DNA of 64,000 nucleotides from Alphaproteobacteria bacterium (GTDB lineage Bacteria; Pseudomonadota; Alphaproteobacteria; JAQWUY01): NCBI GenBank assembly GCA_965232465.1, contig OZ246977.1, positions 2,502,135 to 2,566,134 of the forward strand, read 5' to 3'. Shown piece by piece: positions 57,211 to 64,000 of this stretch (position 1 is its first letter; each line of letters starts with the position of its first letter). The notes under the pieces were generated by a model. It saw only the letters and a program-made list of their open reading frames with translations, ran no database searches and was not told where the DNA came from. The position numbers and the translations under genes were made by a program.

Positions 57211-59865
57211 ATGCGGGAAAATGGATACTGTTATAATATGGAAGAAAATATATATAAAACAATACATTACAAAATAAAAACCGCTGATTTTAAATGGCAA
57301 GACGCCATCGAAGATATACAAAAAGCGTTTAAACAAAACCCAAATGGTATGAATTGGACGACTTTTATATGCGGTTGTATCGACAGGGTTTTACGCCACA
57401 CCTGGAATCGATATGTGCCCGATTATAATGTGCAAAATCTGTGTATTATGGCGGTGGGGGGATATGGACGGGGGGGATGTGCCCCATATTCGGATGTGGA
57501 TATTGTGTTTTTATACGAAGATACACAAAAAAACATACGCCAAAATACACAGGGTATATACCAATTTGATGGTTTTGTTCAAAATATGGTACGGGCGTTA
57601 TGGGATATGGGGTTTAAAGTGGGGCAACGGATCCATGCTATCCCCCATTTGATACAACAGATACAAACGGACACAGTGTTGGAAACAGCGGTTTTGACCC
57701 ACCGCTATATTGTGGGCGATTATGGCGTATATAAAAAGTTTGTGGAGACATTACCACAAAATCATACTGTATATAAAATTACCGATTTTATCCATAAAAA
57801 ACAAGCGGAACAATCCAAAAGACACGAAAAATTTGGTGTCAGCCAATATATTCTTGAACCCAATATTAAACAATCAAAGGGGGCGATACGGGATTTGGAT
57901 ATGGTATATTGGATATGTTTATATACTTTTCCAAAAATTAAATCCATATATGACCTTGCTGTGTATGAAGGGGTGGAAAAACCATACTTAGATGATTTTA
58001 TGCTGTGTATGCGGTTTTTTGATCGAGTACGCACATGTATGCATCTTATCAGTGGCAAGGCATCGGATATATTATATTTTGATATGCAAAAACAAGTGGC
58101 GAAAATGCTGGGATATCAAGACATAGGCGATGTACGAGGGGTGGAAATATTTATGGGGGATTATTATCGGCATGTATCGAAATCTGAAATCACTGTCAAA
58201 GCCCTATTGGGATGTATCAATTTTTACCTGCACCCAGATGTACATACTGCACTGCCCGCATCGGTAATCGATACTTTCCCCACCTTACATACAGGGGTGA
58301 ATATACATGCCAATATGGTGTGTGTACAAGATGTACAGCTGTTTGCCCATACCCCCGATATGTTGGTGATTATTTTTGAAGTGGCACAAAAATATGGATA
58401 TGACATCCACCCCACAACCCTTGTTAGTATACAACAATTTTTGGATACAACCCCCGTATATATCAGCACCAGCCCCACCGCCAACAAAGCATTGTTAAAG
58501 ATTTTACAAGGTACCCGTGCCCATGTCATGTTGCATTATATGAATATCAGCGGGGTGCTGTCGTGTGTGTTACCCGAATGGAAAACCATTTATTGTCAAA
58601 TGCAGTACGATATGTATCATGATTATACCACCGATGCCCACACGATTCGTGCCATAAAAGAATGGGGGGATATACACCGGCAACTGTATGTATCCGAATT
58701 GCCTATTATCAGCCATCTTGCCCAAGATATTCGACAATCGCAACAACGCCATGTGATATTGGTTGTTGCCATATTACTGCATGATATTGCCAAAGGGTGC
58801 GGGGGCGACCATGCCATATTGGGGGCAAAAATCGCCTGTACCGTATGTACCCGTATGGGGATGAGTGCTTTGGCGATTGACACGGTACAGTGGTTGGTAC
58901 GACATCATCTATTATTGTCGCACACGGCTGACAGGCGGGATATTATGGATTTAAAAACTTTGCGTGATTTTACAAAACTGGTACACAGTGTGTATGTACT
59001 GGATTTACTTGCGGTGTTGACCATTGTTGATGTGCGTTCTGTGGGCAAAGTTTGGACACCTTGGAAACACAGCTTGATAATGAAGGTATATGACCGTGCA
59101 AAACGCCATTTAGGGGGGAATATGGTATCTGTGTCCCGTAAAAATATGTTACCCATTATTGCCAAGCGGTTGTCGCATGTGGATAATATATACCCCATAT
59201 TATCCCGTTTAACGACGGAATATTTGGAGGCAACACCCGATGATGTGATCGATTGGCATGTGACCAAAATTGCCAAATGTGATGGGGGGTGTATGCATAT
59301 CAGACAAGATACGCAAAACAGACATACACAAATTATGGTATATACAACAGATATGATTGGTATTACCGCACGCATTACCGCCATATTAACCCGTATGCAA
59401 ATAAACATTATGGGGGCGGATATTTTTACCTTTTATAAATTGGGCGTACTGCATACATATCGGGTGCAATCGGTCAATGGGTATATGGAACAAGAGGTAT
59501 GCCATAAAATGGCAACCATATTATCCAACCCTTACACACCCCCGCCCCGTAAAATTATTCTGGGGTATAGGAACACAGCGTTTCAAGTGCAATCACAAGT
59601 GATTATCGATAACCAAATATCGTATAATGCGACCATGATCGAAGTGCATACCAGAAATCGCTATGGGGTATTGGCGGTTATAACCCAAGTGTTATCGGAC
59701 CTTGCCATAAATATCCGTTCCGCCCGTATTACTTCGTATGGGGAATGGGTGTGCGATGTATTTTATGTACAGGATAAATATGGGTTTAAAATATACCGTG
59801 AACAAGCCAAAAAAAGCATGCGTGAATCATTGTATACAGCGTTACAAAATCTCGATAAACAATAA
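57211..59865 (+). CDS. glnD: [Protein-PII] uridylyltransferase/uridylyl-removing enzyme GlnD.
   Basis: Nucleotidyltransferase motif MAVGGYGRGGCAPYSDVDIVFLY. HD domain (LLHDIAKG). Two C-terminal ACT domains. 884 aa; the true start is possibly 57238. Confidence 0.88.
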   Translation: MRENGYCYNMEENIYKTIHYKIKTADFKWQDAIEDIQKAFKQNPNGMNWTTFICGCIDRVLRHTWNRYVPDYNVQNLCIMAVGGYGRGGCAPYSDVDIVFLYEDTQKNIRQNTQGIYQFDGFVQNMVRALWDMGFKVGQRIHAIPHLIQQIQTDTVLETAVLTHRYIVGDYGVYKKFVETLPQNHTVYKITDFIHKKQAEQSKRHEKFGVSQYILEPNIKQSKGAIRDLDMVYWICLYTFPKIKSIYDLAVYEGVEKPYLDDFMLCMRFFDRVRTCMHLISGKASDILYFDMQKQVAKMLGYQDIGDVRGVEIFMGDYYRHVSKSEITVKALLGCINFYLHPDVHTALPASVIDTFPTLHTGVNIHANMVCVQDVQLFAHTPDMLVIIFEVAQKYGYDIHPTTLVSIQQFLDTTPVYISTSPTANKALLKILQGTRAHVMLHYMNISGVLSCVLPEWKTIYCQMQYDMYHDYTTDAHTIRAIKEWGDIHRQLYVSELPIISHLAQDIRQSQQRHVILVVAILLHDIAKGCGGDHAILGAKIACTVCTRMGMSALAIDTVQWLVRHHLLLSHTADRRDIMDLKTLRDFTKLVHSVYVLDLLAVLTIVDVRSVGKVWTPWKHSLIMKVYDRAKRHLGGNMVSVSRKNMLPIIAKRLSHVDNIYPILSRLTTEYLEATPDDVIDWHVTKIAKCDGGCMHIRQDTQNRHTQIMVYTTDMIGITARITAILTRMQINIMGADIFTFYKLGVLHTYRVQSVNGYMEQEVCHKMATILSNPYTPPPRKIILGYRNTAFQVQSQVIIDNQISYNATMIEVHTRNRYGVLAVITQVLSDLAINIRSARITSYGEWVCDVFYVQDKYGFKIYREQAKKSMRESLYTALQNLDKQ

Positions 59866-59890
59866 AAACACAAAAATATGGTGATTTTAC

Positions 59891-61015
59891 CTATATCATA
59901 ATAGTCCGCATTCTCCACAATCGTCTTAACAGCTTAAAAATTATTCTGCCGATAAATAACACCATCGGAATGACAATTAAATCTTCGTATAAGATACCAT
60001 ATTCCCAATTTGACACATCATATACTTTTTGCCATTCAATGGTTGCAAAATACGCATATGTATATAAAAAAGCATACCGGAAAAACAATATCATCACGGA
60101 CAAATTTAAGATACCATATATAAGGCTTATTTTTTTGATACCTGCCCATTGCCAACGATACAGCCGTTGATAAAAATCCCTGACAAGATTGTGTATGCCG
60201 GTAATATCCACCAATAACCAATATCCATCAGACCGTCCAAAGGGTAATAATAATCCGATTACCGCATGTATAAATGCGATAAAACCACTATTCGATATAA
60301 ATGCAGAATCTGTATATATGCCTACGCTTAAATACAAAATGGCAATCCCCATTTGAATGCCATATCCTGCCATTGTTACAATAATGCGTTCGATTTTTTT
60401 CCCCACCCAAATATGGCTGACATCCGTAAAAAATACAGGTATAAATATATAAATACCAAAAGATACCTTGGGGGCTTTATCAGAAATTCTGGATGCGGCA
60501 ATGATATGCCCACATTCATGCATAATAGCAATGGCAAAAAACATCATAACATAGTATGGGGATTGGTATATATCTATGCGATAGGCATCTGCATTTTGCA
60601 TCATAAATACGGATAACGCTGTACCGATTGCAAAAGTAATAAAAAACCATACGAAAAATACCGAAGGAATACATATCACATTTATTTTTTTTAACACTGT
60701 AAAAATCCATTTTGTACTAAATAAATGGACATTAAAATGGGTATAATCTTTTTGTTTTTCCGCAAATTTGGATTCCAATGTGGTTATAATGTGGACATAT
60801 ATATTTTCAAAATTATGTATCCCCACATCGTATGCATGTGTTTTTAAAAATTGGATACCCTCTTGCACTGTATCTGAGTCCTGAATTGCTTTTAACACAT
60901 AATAATAATCGGCGTTAATACGAATAATATCCCCTTGATGACAAACAAGATAGTTTTCTGTATTATATACCAATTCGAAGTCAGATATTTTATTTTTAAT
61001 GGACTTAAAATCCAT
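59891..61015 (-). CDS. Integral membrane zinc metalloprotease-like protein (HExxH within a TM helix, M50/site-2-protease-like) with an about 110-aa cytoplasmic N-domain.
   Basis: AIMHECGHIIAA HExxH motif embedded in a hydrophobic segment. At least 5 further TM segments. No confident subfamily. Confidence 0.5.
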   Translation of the reverse strand: MDFKSIKNKISDFELVYNTENYLVCHQGDIIRINADYYYVLKAIQDSDTVQEGIQFLKTHAYDVGIHNFENIYVHIITTLESKFAEKQKDYTHFNVHLFSTKWIFTVLKKINVICIPSVFFVWFFITFAIGTALSVFMMQNADAYRIDIYQSPYYVMMFFAIAIMHECGHIIAASRISDKAPKVSFGIYIFIPVFFTDVSHIWVGKKIERIIVTMAGYGIQMGIAILYLSVGIYTDSAFISNSGFIAFIHAVIGLLLPFGRSDGYWLLVDITGIHNLVRDFYQRLYRWQWAGIKKISLIYGILNLSVMILFFRYAFLYTYAYFATIEWQKVYDVSNWEYGILYEDLIVIPMVLFIGRIIFKLLRRLWRMRTIMI

Positions 61016-61049
61016 CCCTTATCCCCCCTGTTGCCATATTGTACAATAG

Positions 61050-61880
61050 TTATTTGAACATATCGTGTGCTTCTTTTAGCAACAAATCACATTTTCTCAG
61101 AAGTAACTTAATAACCCGTATGCGTGCATTTTGATTTAACATTTCTGCAAACCCATCATATGATTTTTGATAATAGTGTCTGGCTTTAACAATAAAGTTT
61201 TCATATTCCCCTGTTGCCAATACATATTTTTGTAATGTATGATAGTTTAAGTCTGATAAATCATACCCTTGCTGTTGTAAAAACCGCATAGATCGGCGTT
61301 CAGAAAATTTTGAATATTCCAATGTTAAAGTCCTATTTCGCCAATTGGTATACATGATAACATCATAAAAATAGCTAAACCCACGCATTAAATCTTGTAA
61401 ATATTTCAATATGTCTTTGCCCAAGCCCGTTTTGAAATAAGGTTTTAATGTTTCGTACAAAACAAATGTGTACGATCGATGCCGTAATCCTATGGATTCA
61501 AAATCTTGAAAATTATCTAAGTCCATATTTTCATAATATTTACCAAATGATTTGACATGCCAATATCCTTTATCATTTGCGTATATATTCCATACGGGGT
61601 GATTTTCAGGATAATACATCTTTGCGGTTTTTAAGGCACTTGCTGACACATCATCTTGTGCCCAATTAAATACATAGTATTGATGTAACAATGAGGAAAA
61701 ACCCGCCGCCATTTGTTTAACTTTTAGTGGGGTATCTTTTTCGCAAAAATATTCAAATATTTCCACCAATCGAAATAAATATGAATTGGTTTGCATATTA
61801 TTCATATGGGAAATAACTTCTTGTTTGCGTGCATCGGTTGCTTCTGGTAAAGCATAAATAAATTGATCTCTATATAACAT
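61050..61880 (-). CDS. Hypothetical protein (276 aa, soluble, aromatic-rich).
   Basis: Long ORF with coding-like composition. No recognisable motif. Confidence 0.4.
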   Translation of the reverse strand: MLYRDQFIYALPEATDARKQEVISHMNNMQTNSYLFRLVEIFEYFCEKDTPLKVKQMAAGFSSLLHQYYVFNWAQDDVSASALKTAKMYYPENHPVWNIYANDKGYWHVKSFGKYYENMDLDNFQDFESIGLRHRSYTFVLYETLKPYFKTGLGKDILKYLQDLMRGFSYFYDVIMYTNWRNRTLTLEYSKFSERRSMRFLQQQGYDLSDLNYHTLQKYVLATGEYENFIVKARHYYQKSYDGFAEMLNQNARIRVIKLLLRKCDLLLKEAHDMFK

Positions 61881-61907
61881 GGTATTCTTTCAATAATAAA
61901 TCTCTTT

Positions 61908-61945
61908 AAAAAATAAAAAAGGGGGAACGAAACCGCACCCCCCTT
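61908..61945 (-). terminator. Rho-independent terminator (GGGGG-N11-CCCCC stem followed by TTTTTT on the minus strand).
   Basis: Minus-strand reading ggggggtgcggtttcgttcccccTTTTTT immediately 3' of the small gene. Also positioned to terminate the convergent upstream unit. Confidence 0.65.
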
Positions 61946-61961
61946 TAATTAATGCATGATA

Positions 61962-62096
61962 TTACTTATCATCATCATCATCGTCTTTATCGTGTCCTTC
62001 TGGTGCCCATATGCCTGGAACATGCTCCGCAAATTGTTTACGGGTTTCCAATTTTTCTAGGTCCACTTTAGTTATACGATTTTCTAGGTCTTTCAT
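61962..62096 (-). CDS. Small 44-aa protein with poly-Asp C-terminal tail (MKDLENRITKVDLEKLETRKQFAEHVPGIWAPEGHDKDDDDDDK).
   Basis: ATG at 62096 with AGGAAA 9 nt upstream. Followed by a strong rho-independent terminator. Not in the ORF track because it is shorter than 60 aa. Confidence 0.45.
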   Translation of the reverse strand: MKDLENRITKVDLEKLETRKQFAEHVPGIWAPEGHDKDDDDDDK

Positions 62097-62442
62097 TATA
62101 TTTTCCTTTCAATAAAAGAATAGAGTAAATAAAAAAGGGTTTTATCCAAAAAACACCTAAGCAATGTTTTTAAGATACTTTGTATACTATTATATAACCA
62201 AAACAGTACAATATACTTATTCGTAAATTCCTTATTTAATACACAAAATGGGGGGGGCATATCGTAAAATGCACATAAAAATGCTATTCACGATAGGATA
62301 ATATCGTAAAAATATATTTTATCCTCACTTGAAAGATTTGGACGATGTACAGAATGTTTATACTAATATGGATATTTCTGATGCGATTGCTAAACAGCTG
62401 TAACATATATAAAGGGGGCATTCCCTTTTATTTTATCATATA

Positions 62443-62490
62443 TTTACTTAATGGAGCGGGTGATGGGATTCGAACCCACGACTTCAACCT
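62443..62490 (-). other. tRNA-like 3' fragment: T-arm (GTGGG-TTCGAAT-CCCAT), acceptor 3' strand and encoded CCA. No complete cloverleaf could be folded.
   Basis: Minus strand reads ...GTCGTGGGTTCGAATCCCATCACCCGCTCCA. The canonical GTTCGAATC T-loop is present. The upstream partner strands (D-arm, anticodon arm) could not be paired by eye. Confidence 0.35.
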
Positions 62491-62579
62491 CGGCAATTAT
62501 AAGACTCTCTTTCTTATGAACTGACAAAACCTTATGGCGGAAATTTATATCATAACTCATGATATATAGCATAACCAAT

Positions 62580-63242
62580 TTATATGCTGTTGCCTATGGT
62601 ACACAGATTTATAACGCTTTGTATTTTTTGAATATCTTTTATGCCTTTGGATTTTTCTACGCCACTGGATATATCTAACATCTCCACCCCCGCTATCGGT
62701 ATGACAGTTTCGATATTTTCCAATGTAATCCCCCCTGCCAAAAACCATGGACTGACAAAATCGGGCATGGCGGACAATACACCCCAATGAAACGCCACCC
62801 CATGCCCCCCTTTAATGATCGAATGTTTGGGCGATTTTGCATCAAATAGCAACATATCACAGACTGTATCATATGCCTTTGCCACATCAAAATCCGCTAA
62901 ATTTTCAATACCAAACGCTTTTATCACCGGTTTTTGCGTAGCGGCTTTTACCGCATCCACAAAATCCACCCGTTCCGCCCCGTGTAATTGGATATAATCA
63001 ACCCCCGTATATAATGCCGTATCCACAACCTGTTGCAAGGGGGCATCTTGAAACAATCCCACTGTTTTTGTTACCCTTTTTATGGGCGATATACGGATGG
63101 AATCTAATAACAGCTTAGCGGATTTTGGGGAAACATAGCGCGGGGAGTGTTCGACAAATACCAAACCGACAAAATCGATACCTGCATCACAACAAAATTG
63201 TAATACTTCGGGGGTTGTAATACCACATATTTTTATTTTCAT
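62580..63242 (-). CDS. trpF: N-(5'-phosphoribosyl)anthranilate isomerase.
   Basis: MKIKICGITTPEVLQFCCDAGIDFVGLVFVEHSPRYVS is the classic TrpF N-terminus. 220 aa. Confidence 0.85.
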   Translation of the reverse strand: MKIKICGITTPEVLQFCCDAGIDFVGLVFVEHSPRYVSPKSAKLLLDSIRISPIKRVTKTVGLFQDAPLQQVVDTALYTGVDYIQLHGAERVDFVDAVKAATQKPVIKAFGIENLADFDVAKAYDTVCDMLLFDAKSPKHSIIKGGHGVAFHWGVLSAMPDFVSPWFLAGGITLENIETVIPIAGVEMLDISSGVEKSKGIKDIQKIQSVINLCTIGNSI

Positions 63243-63271
63243 AACAATTCTTTTTTATGATAATTCCGTAT

Positions 63272-64000
63272 TTATGACAATTCTTGGACAATTTTTTGAA
63301 TGGCAATCTGCATATTTTCCGCATCGGTAATCGGCCGTCCAATAACCAAATAATCCGCCCCCTCTGATATAGCATCACGGGGGGACATAATGCGGTGTTG
63401 GTCATTACCCCCCGCCCAAGCAGGGCGAATTCCCGGCACAATTGTTTTAAAATCATCCCCACAAGCGGATTTAATCAGGGCAATTTCATGGGCACTGCAT
63501 ACTACGCCATCTAAACCGGCGGTTTTTGCTAGTTCTGCCATTTTTACCACTTGATCGGGGATGGGGGGGGTATATCCCACTTGGGCAATATCCCTATCAT
63601 TCAAAGAGGTTAAAATCGTAACCCCCACCATTAATGGGGGGGGAATACCCAGTTTATCTGCGGACTCCAAGGATTGTTGTTTTGCCGATTGCATCATACA
63701 AAGTCCACCCGCCGTGTGCACATTTAAAATATGCGGGCGGATACCCGATTCCAATACCCCCTGTACCGCCCCCGCCACTGTGGTGGCAATATCATGAAAT
63801 TTTAAATCCATAAAAACAAGGGCTGTATTTTTTTGTGCCTGATCCAAGGCATGTTGCACACCCATTGCCCCATGACGGTTAAAATATTCCAAACCAAATT
63901 TAAATCCGCCGACAAAATCAGCTGTTTCGGTAATAATAGTACTGGCAAGGGTAATATCGGTTGTGTCCAGTGCAACCAATACCTTATCTGTGTGCGACAT
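63272..64000 (-). CDS. pyrF: Orotidine-5'-phosphate decarboxylase (N-terminally truncated by the window end).
   Basis: LVALDTTD and FMDLKFHDIATTV (Lys/Asp catalytic region) motifs. The ORF runs to the window edge. Confidence 0.8.
   Translation of the reverse strand: MSHTDKVLVALDTTDITLASTIITETADFVGGFKFGLEYFNRHGAMGVQHALDQAQKNTALVFMDLKFHDIATTVAGAVQGVLESGIRPHILNVHTAGGLCMMQSAKQQSLESADKLGIPPPLMVGVTILTSLNDRDIAQVGYTPPIPDQVVKMAELAKTAGLDGVVCSAHEIALIKSACGDDFKTIVPGIRPAWAGGNDQHRIMSPRDAISEGADYLVIGRPITDAENMQIAIQKIVQELS

Noticed and set aside
62443-62530. Complete tRNA gene including anticodon arm (tried anticodon loop CTTATAA around 62470-62500)
   Set aside because: No 5' acceptor strand complementary to CACCCGC, and no 5-bp anticodon stem could be formed. 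Only the 3' fragment is reported.

Overview
This 64-kb window reads as an AT-rich, host-associated proteobacterial chromosome, most likely alphaproteobacterial. Supporting that guess: DUF4167, the conserved xseB-ispA-dxs and dxs-tlyA neighbourhoods, uvrC-pgsA, glnD and acnA. Conserved housekeeping genes are interrupted by four accessory regions.

1. 1-1436: a compact CRISPR array of five 36-bp repeats and four 30-bp spacers with no cas1/cas2 anywhere in the window. Its repeat architecture (GTTG start, internal TTTTGAGGG, 36/30 spacing) resembles Cas13b (type VI-B) repeats. The adjacent 5'-truncated ORF (open from position 1 to 1023) carries an RNxxxHN HEPN-type motif (RNNVQHN) and a second RxxxxH, so it is a candidate C-terminal fragment of a Cas13b-like effector.

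2. 2.1-20 kb: a surface-glycan (LOS/O-antigen-like) locus with two GT10 fucosyltransferase-like genes, one fused to a GT32-like domain. It also holds a GT11 alpha-1,2-fucosyltransferase, two GT25 galactosyltransferase-like genes, manC, a sugar N-formyltransferase, an acyltransferase-3, nucleotidyltransferases, GDPD and HAD. Several genes contain homopolymer tracts (C10, G8). The locus is interrupted by an IS3-family element inserted next to an IS5-family remnant.

3. 31.7-38.4 kb: an ankyrin cassette inserted between ispA and dxs. It holds a giant Sec-signal ankyrin protein built from about 40 near-identical 99-bp tandem repeats (apparently frameshifted near its 5' end), a second short ankyrin paralog, an intact IS256-family element and an IS3 end remnant.

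4. 41.9-52.8 kb: a sugar ABC-transporter and catabolic island with two ATPase genes, aldehyde dehydrogenase, FGGY kinase, HAD, RpiR and rpiA.

Smaller observations: a palindromic GCGGTTGCAACCGC repeat element, a tRNA-like 3' fragment, a small acidic-tailed peptide gene beside an M50-like membrane protease, and a 31-aa hydrophobic peptide gene.
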